DNA of 64,000 bases, taken from contig JAQCKO010000005.1 of the NCBI GenBank assembly GCA_027592325.1, positions 202 to 64,201 on the forward strand, given 5' to 3'. Below, piece by piece: positions 29,736-38,566 of the stretch. Both the position numbers and the translations under genes were made by a program. The notes beneath the pieces were generated by a model. It had not been told where the DNA came from, did no database searches, and was given only the letters and a program-made list of their open reading frames with translations. Source of the DNA: a bacterium. Its GTDB lineage: Bacteria; Patescibacteriota; Patescibacteriia; UBA9934. How positions within the stretch are numbered: position 1 is the first letter of the stretch; each line of letters opens with the position of its first letter.

Positions 29736-30401
29736 TTAGAAGCCCAAACTGAGCAGCGCGGTGCAAGATGTACCTACAATAGCGTCACAAGCGGCAAAAG
29801 ATGGAGCGCTCACAAAAAAGAAGACATCAAAAGGTGTGAGAATTGAAATGATGACAAGCAGCATTAATACTTGCGGTCCATACGTTGCAATCGCGATACG
29901 AAGCTGCGCCCACCTGGGCGCGGTCAAAAGTGCATCAACAAGCTTCGATCCATCCAGCGGATGAATTGGAATGAGATTAAAAACAAGCAAAAACAAGTTG
30001 ATGAGCACCATCAAGGTGAGAAAAATATGCAGGAGCGAAAGCTCGGCACCCACACCAAGCAAAATACGCAAAGCCACCGCTGCGAGCAAAGAAAGAAGCA
30101 GATTCGAACCAGGACCTGCGAGCGCAATCTTCACCGCATCCCACCTCGGATTATTGAGATTGTACGGATTAAACGGCACTGGTTTTGCCCACCCGAATCC
30201 TAGGAGCAATAGCATCACAAATCCCATTGGATCAATATGTGCGAGCGGATTCAATGTCAAACGCCCCAGTGCTTCTGCCGTTTTATCACCAAGCCTGCTC
30301 CCCACAAATGCATGCGCAAATTCATGAACGGTTAATGCGGTTACTATGACAATAACCCAAATGAGCAGCAAGGCTGGATTCGAGAGTAAATTCAAAATCA
30401 T
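29736..30401 (-). CDS. site-2 protease (peptidase M50)
   Basis: HEFAH, GRLTLNPLAHID, FNLIPIHPLDG. Confidence 0.95.
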   Translation of the reverse strand: MILNLLSNPALLLIWVIVIVTALTVHEFAHAFVGSRLGDKTAEALGRLTLNPLAHIDPMGFVMLLLLGFGWAKPVPFNPYNLNNPRWDAVKIALAGPGSNLLLSLLAAVALRILLGVGAELSLLHIFLTLMVLINLFLLVFNLIPIHPLDGSKLVDALLTAPRWAQLRIAIATYGPQVLMLLVIISILTPFDVFFFVSAPSFAACDAIVGTSCTALLSLGF

Positions 30402-30404
30402 ACC

Positions 30405-30602
30405 CTACTTTTTTACCGAATGTTTCGGATCTTTGCAAAGTTGATGTCGATATCTATCGCTTGTCACAATGAATCCATAAACCAAACTTGCAATCATAAA
30501 ACCGACAAGCAGCCCTAAAAATATTGGCGAATCAATGAGCATCATCACTTCTGTGCGCATAAGTTTTACCAGCGATTCAATGCCTAAAAGAAAATTATTC
30601 AT
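30405..30602 (-). CDS. small single-TM hypothetical protein
   Basis: Hydrophobic segment IFLGLLVGFMIASLVYGFIV; 3 nt from the protease start. Confidence 0.55.
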   Translation of the reverse strand: MNNFLLGIESLVKLMRTEVMMLIDSPIFLGLLVGFMIASLVYGFIVTSDRYRHQLCKDPKHSVKK

Positions 30603-30616
30603 GATAAAATTGTACC

Positions 30617-31201
30617 ATGCGTTTACGCCATTTTTTTCTCTATCAAAAACGAGCACTCGGCGTTCTTGCCTCCGTGCTTTTCATTGGCGGCATTGGGCAT
30701 TTTTTTGTGCTTGAACCAACACGCGTCAATGGTACTTCCATGGCGCCCGCGCTCGAGAACAATGAGCGTATTCTGATGGAAAAATTGAGTCTGCTTGTTC
30801 GCGCACCGAAACGCGGACAGCTTGTAGGGGCTTTCGACGCACGCAATGAGCTACTTCTCGTAAAACGCGTTATTGCGCTTCCGGGTGAGCAAGTGGTCAT
30901 TCGCCGCGATGGGCTATACATTGTTGACCGCTACGGCATAGAAGCAAAGCTTGATGAACCATATGTAGACCAAGCCTTAAAAACGCTTCCAAAATATGGG
31001 CAAGAAGCTGTCTATCCTCTGCTACAAGATCATCAGTATTTTCTCATGGGCGATAATCGCGAAAGCAGCGTAGATTCGCGATCATTCGGGGCCGTACATA
31101 GATCAAACATTGTAGGAACGATTTTACGCATTCCTCTGATTGGACGAATTGGTACTACTTCTGATCCTTATTCTGCCCTCACATCAGCACCAATCGACTG
31201 A
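30617..31201 (+). CDS. lepB: signal peptidase I
   Basis: GTSMAP, VKRVIALPG, MGDNRESSVDSR. Confidence 0.95.
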   Translation: MRLRHFFLYQKRALGVLASVLFIGGIGHFFVLEPTRVNGTSMAPALENNERILMEKLSLLVRAPKRGQLVGAFDARNELLLVKRVIALPGEQVVIRRDGLYIVDRYGIEAKLDEPYVDQALKTLPKYGQEAVYPLLQDHQYFLMGDNRESSVDSRSFGAVHRSNIVGTILRIPLIGRIGTTSDPYSALTSAPID

Positions 31202-32466
31202 AGTTTTCCAAGTAAGTCTTCGTATCCCCGTTCTAAATGATCGAGCCCATCAAGTTTTGACGTCCCTTCCGCAAGAAGCGCTGCAATGACATACGCGAGC
31301 CCCGCACGAATATCGGGCACGGTCATATTTGCTGCCTTGAGTGTACTTGCACCTTTAATAACTGCTGAGTGACGATAATTTTGATCTTTGAAGCGACAAG
31401 GAAGCTCTCCCAAACATTTCGCAAAAAGCGAAATGTCTGCTCCCATTTCATTGAGTGTCTCTGTATATCCAAAACGTTCCTGATAGACCGTTTCATGCAC
31501 CACTGACGTTCCTTCCGCCTGTGTCAGCACCACAACAAATGGTTGCTGCCAATCAGTAGAAAACCCTGGATAAGTGTCCGTTTCGAGTTGTATCCCCTTA
31601 TACGCTTTCTGCCCACCTTTGAACAAAATGCCATCTTCTTGAATGTGATATTCTCCACCGATCATCCGTACAGCATTTAAAAAGGTGATCATATCTTCAT
31701 GGCGAGCTCCTTTCGCAAAAATTTCACCGCCTGTTGCAAGCGCAATGCAACCATAACTCGCCGCTTCAAGCCTATCCGGAATCACCGTGTGCTCGCATCC
31801 GGATAGTTTTGAAACTCCTTGAATTTCAATATGTCGTCCAACGCCGACTTCAATGATCGCTCCCATTTTTTGGAGCATCATAATAAGGCTAATAATCTCT
31901 GGCTCAATCGCTGCATTTTTAATAACTGTTCGTCCTTTCGCGAGCACGCCAGCAAATAACACCGTCTCAGTCGCACCTACGGATGGATACGGCAACTCAA
32001 TGAGAGCACCTTTTAATCCGTCTATTGCAGACACAAAAAAATCATCCTCGCGCACGTCGATCTTTGCCCCCATTTTTTCAAGTGCCATGAGATGAAAATT
32101 GACAGGACGAGGACCAATTTTATCGCCACCCAGCGTTGGCACGGTCGCCTCACCAACGCGATGCAAGAGCGGAGCTACAAGCAAAATTGAAAGACGATTT
32201 TTTCTTGAAAGCGCCATCGCAGACGCATCGGCAATCGATTTTGTCTGCAATGTGAGCGTGTGATCAGTGAGGTCGGTCATGGCACCAACGGTTCCAATCA
32301 GCTCGCGCGCAATGTCGGTTTCTTGCTGAAGTGGACTATTGTGCAATTTTACAACTTCTTCCGTCAACGTACTTGCAATAATCATTTTACTCGCCGCATT
32401 TTTTGCCCCGGCAATTTGCACTTCACCGTTGAGGGCTTTCCCGCCGGTAATTGAAAGATATTCCAT
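31168..32466 (-). CDS. murA: UDP-N-acetylglucosamine 1-carboxyvinyltransferase (Asp at the Cys115 position)
   Basis: GAKNA, GGDKIGPRPV, PSVGATE, YPGFSTD, DIRAG, LERGY. Confidence 0.96.
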   Translation of the reverse strand: MEYLSITGGKALNGEVQIAGAKNAASKMIIASTLTEEVVKLHNSPLQQETDIARELIGTVGAMTDLTDHTLTLQTKSIADASAMALSRKNRLSILLVAPLLHRVGEATVPTLGGDKIGPRPVNFHLMALEKMGAKIDVREDDFFVSAIDGLKGALIELPYPSVGATETVLFAGVLAKGRTVIKNAAIEPEIISLIMMLQKMGAIIEVGVGRHIEIQGVSKLSGCEHTVIPDRLEAASYGCIALATGGEIFAKGARHEDMITFLNAVRMIGGEYHIQEDGILFKGGQKAYKGIQLETDTYPGFSTDWQQPFVVVLTQAEGTSVVHETVYQERFGYTETLNEMGADISLFAKCLGELPCRFKDQNYRHSAVIKGASTLKAANMTVPDIRAGLAYVIAALLAEGTSKLDGLDHLERGYEDLLGKLQSIGADVRAE

Positions 32467-32865
32467 AGATATGCCCATAATCTCATGTTCTTCAAGGAGC
32501 GTCTAGGTTGCATCGCTTTGCTCGTTGAAGACGTTAACATCGTACGTTTCAAAAAAAAATCACCGAAGGTGAATAACTGGGCGCGGCGCGTAACGCGAAA
32601 TTTGGTTCATACCACATGTGGGCGTAGCGAGCAGCTTGCGATGGAAAGAGCCCTTGCCCCATCTATCGGTCGATTGCACACCATGAACCGCTGAATCCCC
32701 GAGTCTTTCGGTGTCTAGAAAGGGTCGAACAATGTGATCATCGTTTTTATTGGATTCTCAAAAAATGCTTAGCCAATTCGCGTGTACGCGCGGCGCATAG
32801 TAAGCGTACCATACTCAAAAAGAAAACGCCCACGAAGGGCGGCTTCTTTTTTTTCGCTCAACAGA

Positions 32866-33324
32866 CTATCCAAGATGGTATTGATCGGTCAGTTTGTCGT
32901 AGCTGAAAACTTCTTCTTCTTTGAAGAAGCGTTTGATTTCTTCTTGCGCATTCTCAAGTGAATCAGAAGCGTGCACAATATTACCGGCAACACTCATGGA
33001 GAAGTCTGCGCGCACAGTTCCTGCATCGGCTTCGAGTGGATTTGTCGCACCGTTGACCTTGCGTACTTCATCAATAGCTCCTACCCCTTCAAAAACGATT
33101 CCAACAACTGGTGTTTGCATCATAAATTCAACGAGCCCCTTGTAAAAGGGCTTATCAACGTGGTGATGATAGTGGTCTGCAAGAACGGTCTCGTCAAGAT
33201 GAATAAGCTTCATTGCAACAATTTTGAGACCCTTTCGCTCGAAGCGAGAAAGAACCTCTCCAACGCGTTCACGTTGAACCGCATCAGGTTTGATTAGGAC
33301 AAGCGTTTTTTGTACATCTGCCAT
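32866..33324 (-). CDS. ndk: nucleoside diphosphate kinase
   Basis: LIKPDAV, GATNP, NIVHASDS. Confidence 0.97.
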   Translation of the reverse strand: MADVQKTLVLIKPDAVQRERVGEVLSRFERKGLKIVAMKLIHLDETVLADHYHHHVDKPFYKGLVEFMMQTPVVGIVFEGVGAIDEVRKVNGATNPLEADAGTVRADFSMSVAGNIVHASDSLENAQEEIKRFFKEEEVFSYDKLTDQYHLG

Positions 33325-33377
33325 AAATAAGTGGTTATTTGACCGAAGACTACGCGTTATTGGCATTTTCGTCAATC

Positions 33378-34226
33378 TCAAAGTGAGAAAAAGTCAATGT
33401 CAACTCGTCCATTTTTTACACGTAAACGAATATCGCCATGCAGATCTGTGCGATATATCTCTGTTTCGATTTCATCAAGTCGTTCAAGAACCGCCGTGTG
33501 CGGATGACCATAATTGTTTTCTCCGACTGATATCACACTGATTTCAGGGTCGATATGTTCTAAAAAGGCACTTGAACTTGATGTATTTGAACCTTGATGC
33601 CCTACTTTCAATACATTTATATCGCCAAGATACGGCATAATTGCCAGCTCTTGTGATGTCCCAATATCCCCCGTGAACAAAAATTGTACCCCAACTGCCT
33701 CAAGAAGGTAGACAAGTGAACCATCATTTGGATTTTCCGGATGCTCTTCAACGTCAATCGGATACAGGAGCGTCATTTTTGCACGATCGCTAAGATCGAT
33801 TTCAGAGAGAAAATGTGGAATACGTCCAATGTCATCAATGATCCTCAAGAATTCTTGATAGGTCTTTGTGCCGTACTCTTGTCCGCTATAAAACATGTGC
33901 TCAACGCTATAGCGCTCTAAAATGTGATTCAATCCAGTGACATGATCAGCATGAGGATGAGTATTGATGAGATACTCAATCGTGCGGTCCCATGGCGGCA
34001 TGACGGCTCCAATTTTTTCCAATATCGCTTCATTTGGACCACCATCGATGAGTACTTGACCATTTGGACTGTCAATAAAAATTGCATCCCCTTGCCCAAC
34101 ATCAAATATCCAAACGACCACATCGGTTTTTGCCCCAAAGGTGCCCCTGACGGACGATTGAATGATTAGACTGCACAGGAATACCAGGGTAAGTCCGAAG
34201 AGCAATGTTAACTTGTCCCGATTCAT
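33378..34226 (-). CDS. ComEC-type metallo-beta-lactamase domain protein (separate gene)
   Basis: DVGQGDA, THPHADH, FTGD, KVGHQGS, YGHP. Confidence 0.92.
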   Translation of the reverse strand: MNRDKLTLLFGLTLVFLCSLIIQSSVRGTFGAKTDVVVWIFDVGQGDAIFIDSPNGQVLIDGGPNEAILEKIGAVMPPWDRTIEYLINTHPHADHVTGLNHILERYSVEHMFYSGQEYGTKTYQEFLRIIDDIGRIPHFLSEIDLSDRAKMTLLYPIDVEEHPENPNDGSLVYLLEAVGVQFLFTGDIGTSQELAIMPYLGDINVLKVGHQGSNTSSSSAFLEHIDPEISVISVGENNYGHPHTAVLERLDEIETEIYRTDLHGDIRLRVKNGRVDIDFFSL

Positions 34227-35533
34227 AGATTGATCGCCGAAAATGGGAGTGATTCTAGTGTGCGAATCAGTTCAAGCATGAGGTGAAGAAGGCTCCACGT
34301 GATAGATTCGACCGGAACGACCAGTCCCAAAACGCCGAATAATATCGTGTACGGGATAAGCGGCAAGACCAGCAGATTCACAAGTGGGCTTATGAGGGAA
34401 AATCGATCAAAACTGAAGACGATTATCGGCAATGTTGCGGCTGTTGCTGCGAATGTTGATGCGGCAGAATCACGAATTGAAAATGCTTCGGGTAGGAATG
34501 CAAGCCAACGCGAAAATTTGTCCCCAAAATAGACAAGACCAATCGTCGAGGCAAACGAAAGTTGAAAACCGATATCGTCACGCAACAAAAGTGGATTTAT
34601 AAGAAGCATGATTGTCGCAGCGCAGAGAAGGAGAATGAGTGGCGCAGATCGGCGTCCAATTGTTCTTGCAATAAGCACAATCGCCCCCATAACCGCTGCT
34701 CGAATAATAGGCGCATCTCCCCCAGCGAGTACCGCATACACACCAATCCCAACCATAATTACGGCAAAAATTTGCTGGCGTTTGAAGCCTAGAAAAAAGA
34801 GCATCCCTGAAAGGATAATCACTATGATGGCAACGTTATACCCGCTTGCGGCAACAATGTGTGTGGTGCCCGTTTCTTGAAATCGATTCTCCCAGCTCTC
34901 AGAGAAATCAGCCTCACCAAAGAGAAGACCATACAGAAGTGTCGCATGTGGCTCGCCGTACGAACGGTCAATGTGCGTCTGTACTCCTGCACGGAAGCGA
35001 TCGAGCTGACCAAAGACTGTATTTTGCGAATCAGTAATAATCTGCCCTTGCGGTTCACAGATTGTATAGACGTGTTTTGCTGCGAGGAATCGATCATAAC
35101 GAAAACCGTCAAACGGCTCAGGTACTTCAAGCGCACAAAAGACATCTATCCTATCACCAGCAAATACATCAGCACCTGAGCGATCGCGGACAAGCACGCG
35201 ACCCGGCAATGTTGACGTTTTTACATAAATATCTTGTCGTCCGTAGCGATCATCGACACTCATAACGCGTCCTAAAACGGCTGCTGATCCATGCAACTCT
35301 GGAGCGGACGAGATGGCAAGTAAATATCGACCAAATCCGAATCCGGCGAAAATAAGACCGAGCAGCGCAAATGCAAAAGTCAACCTTGACCGAACAAGAA
35401 AAAGATAGACAAGTACAATCCCTATCGATACAAGCAAAAAGAACAGTCGTGCATCAAATGAAAATGATGCGATGAGCGTTCCGACGAGGAATCCCGATGC
35501 CGCTGCTACAATCCATTTGTAGCCTCCTTGCAT
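34223..35533 (-). CDS. comEC: ComEC/Rec2 competence membrane domain
   Basis: GTTHIVAASGYN, RAAVMG, GFQLSF. Confidence 0.93.
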   Translation of the reverse strand: MQGGYKWIVAAASGFLVGTLIASFSFDARLFFLLVSIGIVLVYLFLVRSRLTFAFALLGLIFAGFGFGRYLLAISSAPELHGSAAVLGRVMSVDDRYGRQDIYVKTSTLPGRVLVRDRSGADVFAGDRIDVFCALEVPEPFDGFRYDRFLAAKHVYTICEPQGQIITDSQNTVFGQLDRFRAGVQTHIDRSYGEPHATLLYGLLFGEADFSESWENRFQETGTTHIVAASGYNVAIIVIILSGMLFFLGFKRQQIFAVIMVGIGVYAVLAGGDAPIIRAAVMGAIVLIARTIGRRSAPLILLLCAATIMLLINPLLLRDDIGFQLSFASTIGLVYFGDKFSRWLAFLPEAFSIRDSAASTFAATAATLPIIVFSFDRFSLISPLVNLLVLPLIPYTILFGVLGLVVPVESITWSLLHLMLELIRTLESLPFSAINL

Positions 35534-36813
35534 AACCCAATTCCGTACACCGATAGACCTGCTAATGCAAGTCGATCTGCATCGAGAAAACTTTTTCCAT
35601 CAAAAACGACAGGTGCCGAGAGGAGTGAAGCAACCTGCTGCCAATGCACCCCTCGATATTCATCCCATTCCGTCATCACAAGCAGCGCATCTTTTCCGTC
35701 CAGCATTTTTATAGGATCTTCTGCGAATTCTATCGCCTCGCCAAGCTCTTTTTTTGCATTCAATGCAGCCTTTGGATCATGCGCAACAATCTTCGCACCA
35801 CGTTCAAGAAGAAGCGGAATCAAGCGAAGCGATGGCGATTCGCGCACGTCGTCGGTTCCCTTATTAAACGCGAGCCCCCAAATTGCCAGACGTTTTCCAT
35901 GCAACGGACCAATACGTTTTTCAATCATTACCACAAATCTCTGCGCCTGCTTTTCATTTACCTCAATCACCGGATCGATAAGCTTAGATTCATACCCCTC
36001 ACGACGTGCGGCATCGGAAAGTGCGATAACATCTTTTGGAAAACAGGATCCACCGAAGCCCGCACCCGAACGCAAAAATGCCTTGCCAATGCGGGGATCC
36101 GTTTCTAGTACCAATTTTACATCGGCCATTGAGGCATCAAACACATCGGCAATATTCGCAATCTCATTTACAAGCGACAGTCGCGCTGCAAGCATGGTAT
36201 TCGCGGCATACTTCGCAATTTGTGCGCTTTCCACCGACATCGTCAATATCGGCGCATCTATGCCCTGATACACCTGCTCAAGCACTTCCGCAACTTCTTC
36301 ATTTTCTGTTCCAATCACAATACGATCAGGCCTCATAAAATCACTCACCGCCGACCCTTCGCGCAAGAACTCGGGATTCGAGGCGATAGAGATTTGATCA
36401 TTATTGAGCCGCTCACGAAGTTGCGGCCGCGAACCTGGCGGGACGGTACTCTTTACACAAAGAATTGTTTTTTCAATACGCGATCCGACATCTTTCGCAA
36501 CGGCGAAGACGGATGACAAATCACAGCTTCCATCTGCTCGTCGGGGCGTTGGAACGCAAACAAAAACAACATCCGGATTTGGCATACCGCTCAGTGCATC
36601 TTCTATGCCAATATGAAATGTCAACTTCCCTGTATGAAGACCTCCTTCAACAAGTTCTTTGAGTCCGGGTTCGTAAAATGGTATCTCCCCTTCCTTCAGC
36701 TTCTCAACTTTCTCGTCATCAATATCTACGGCCGCAACCTGATGTCCGAGCGTCACAAGCCCCGCAGCCTGCACTAAACCAACGTATCCAGTTCCAACAA
36801 CCAAAATTTGCAT
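35506..36813 (-). CDS. ugd: UDP-glucose/GDP-mannose dehydrogenase
   Basis: GTGYVG, KSTVPPG, SNPEFLREG, GFGGSCFPKD. Confidence 0.95.
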   Translation of the reverse strand: MQILVVGTGYVGLVQAAGLVTLGHQVAAVDIDDEKVEKLKEGEIPFYEPGLKELVEGGLHTGKLTFHIGIEDALSGMPNPDVVFVCVPTPRRADGSCDLSSVFAVAKDVGSRIEKTILCVKSTVPPGSRPQLRERLNNDQISIASNPEFLREGSAVSDFMRPDRIVIGTENEEVAEVLEQVYQGIDAPILTMSVESAQIAKYAANTMLAARLSLVNEIANIADVFDASMADVKLVLETDPRIGKAFLRSGAGFGGSCFPKDVIALSDAARREGYESKLIDPVIEVNEKQAQRFVVMIEKRIGPLHGKRLAIWGLAFNKGTDDVRESPSLRLIPLLLERGAKIVAHDPKAALNAKKELGEAIEFAEDPIKMLDGKDALLVMTEWDEYRGVHWQQVASLLSAPVVFDGKSFLDADRLALAGLSVYGIGLCKEATNGL

Positions 36814-36819
36814 ATATAT

Positions 36820-37578
36820 CTAGCTTAGCAAACTGCGGTGATCTGTCGACCCCTCATAGCGAAGCACATAGCGCGAGGAAAAACGAGGGCTGCACGCGGT
36901 ACATGAACGCTGATCATAGAAGCGTCGACCAGTTGTAACCATATGTCCATTTGGACAACGATAGCGATGCTGTTTGGGCAGAACACGATGCGCGCGCGTT
37001 GATCGATGGATGATATCGTCCTCAGAAAATGTAGATCGCCAATGCGCGCCTTCTATCGCGCGGGACACATTCACTCCTTTTCGCACACGCAGCACACCCG
37101 GATTCACGCCCTGTTTTAAATAACGCAATTGCAGCATTTCTTCTTTTGAACACGCTTTTGGTTCAAAGCCATTTTGAGATCGGTATTCCTGAACACAATC
37201 CGCAACATTTGTGTTGAATACACGCCCATGTGGCATGCGGCGCGCTTTTCCATCGAAAGCAGGAGCCATATGCCAAAGTTCGTGCATGAGCGTTTCAAGC
37301 AGTTCACCGCGAAGGCCATGGTTCTCAACAAGAAGTCCGGCGTTCAATTGCAATAAATAAATGATATCTCGATGTTGATAATGAAAGGTCGGGAACATGG
37401 GGCGGAATGTTGTGCCGTCATAGGCATGCCGAAGCGGAGTGAGCTTGCCATGGGTTCTAACGCCGCCTTTTTTGATGAAAACGAGCACTTGATCAGGTCG
37501 AATATGCGAAAGCCGCGGCACAACTTGTACCGCGTCTTTGATCATGCGTTCGATTGTCGCCGGGGCGTCGAAAGACAT
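36820..37578 (-). CDS. putative zincin metallopeptidase with C-terminal Zn-ribbon (SprT-like layout)
   Basis: ETLMHELWH, HG..F, YRCPNGH...CTAC. Confidence 0.78.
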   Translation of the reverse strand: MSFDAPATIERMIKDAVQVVPRLSHIRPDQVLVFIKKGGVRTHGKLTPLRHAYDGTTFRPMFPTFHYQHRDIIYLLQLNAGLLVENHGLRGELLETLMHELWHMAPAFDGKARRMPHGRVFNTNVADCVQEYRSQNGFEPKACSKEEMLQLRYLKQGVNPGVLRVRKGVNVSRAIEGAHWRSTFSEDDIIHRSTRAHRVLPKQHRYRCPNGHMVTTGRRFYDQRSCTACSPRFSSRYVLRYEGSTDHRSLLS

Positions 37579-37597
37579 AATTTGAGCGTAGCATGGA

Positions 37598-37626
37598 TTG
37601 ACATCCAGATCGATTCATGTTAGAAA
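37598..37626 (+). promoter_or_regulatory. sigma70 promoter of orphan gene
   Basis: TTGACA-17 nt-TAGAAA with extended TG. Confidence 0.6.
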
Positions 37627-37671
37627 GAATGGTCCTTTCAAATCTCGTTCAACCCCTCACCTGAGGCCCAA

Positions 37672-38121
37672 ATGACTACCAACCATGAAGCCATCGATGA
37701 TCTGGTCGAGCTCTTCCGGCAAGCCTTCGATGCATCTAGGATGTGGCGTAAGGCCAACAGTATACTGTATCGGCTTGCCGACGGCTGCGGATCTGCACGA
37801 ATCACTCCCCGGAGTGAAGAAGAGGGCGCGCAACCACCAAGCGTAGTAATCGATATGCCTTGGAATCGTCAGCCCGGCACAACCGTTGTCGGCGTCTGCC
37901 TTGTCTTCCTGAATCACTACCCCTCGCGCATCGTCCTGCACAATGATGTTGCGCTGCACGAGGGTAAACCGTATGAAACCGATCTCACTGGTCAGACGCC
38001 CGAGGCGATCGTCGCGCGCGTAATGCAGCTCATCGAGCAGTGGTCTCGTGAGGGCAGGTTCAAGCGATGCGCGAGCCGCGAGCCATATCATCAACATTCT
38101 CTGGAAGATGATGGAAGGTGA
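37672..38121 (+). CDS. hypothetical protein (possibly frameshifted near its 3' end)
   Basis: Own promoter, GAGG SD, terminator-like hairpin at 38229-38270. Confidence 0.65.
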   Translation: MTTNHEAIDDLVELFRQAFDASRMWRKANSILYRLADGCGSARITPRSEEEGAQPPSVVIDMPWNRQPGTTVVGVCLVFLNHYPSRIVLHNDVALHEGKPYETDLTGQTPEAIVARVMQLIEQWSREGRFKRCASREPYHQHSLEDDGR

Positions 38122-38335
38122 ACGTGGCGGCGCTGTGCGTATCTATGTCCAGCAACCGCACGTTGGAGGCCCGGGCCGTGATGAGGTGGATCCAATCGTA
38201 GCGCAAATAGCGGTCTACCTACGCCCTCGAACACGCCATCCGGCGCCGGTTCGGGGGCGTGTTTCGTTTTGGTTATTTGTAGAATGGAAAAAGTAGACAG
38301 TAGAAAGTGATAAAAGCGCACCGTAGTACGCTTTT

Positions 38336-38425
38336 ATCATCCTGATCGAGCCTTTGGAGAGCTGAAGGATCTATTCGAATCGAGAGATTGCCACGTCGTT
38401 CACTACGTTCACTCCTCACAATGAC
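38336..38425. repeat. REP-like palindrome pair
   Basis: ATCATCCTGATCGAG...GAAGGATCT and GAGATTGCCACGTCG...CTCCTCACAATGAC. Confidence 0.65.
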
Positions 38426-38449
38426 AATTTGATATGTCCGAATCAAAGA

Positions 38450-38566
38450 ACGCCTCAGATTGCTTTAGATGCAGGTGCGCCCGCGAGCACCGAAATGTGC
38501 CGTACTGAGCGTACGGTGAATAAGGCGCGGAGCTGCAAGCCTGCAGATGAAATAATCTGAGGCGTC
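38450..38566. repeat. ~110-nt palindromic element abutting the leuS stop
   Basis: Terminal inverted repeat ACGCCTCAGATT/AATCTGAGGCGT; core CCGTAC-TGAGC-GTACGG. Confidence 0.75.

Noticed and set aside
31168-31201. Convergent lepB/murA overlap as a regulatory system
   Set aside because: Short 3' overlaps are common in compact genomes
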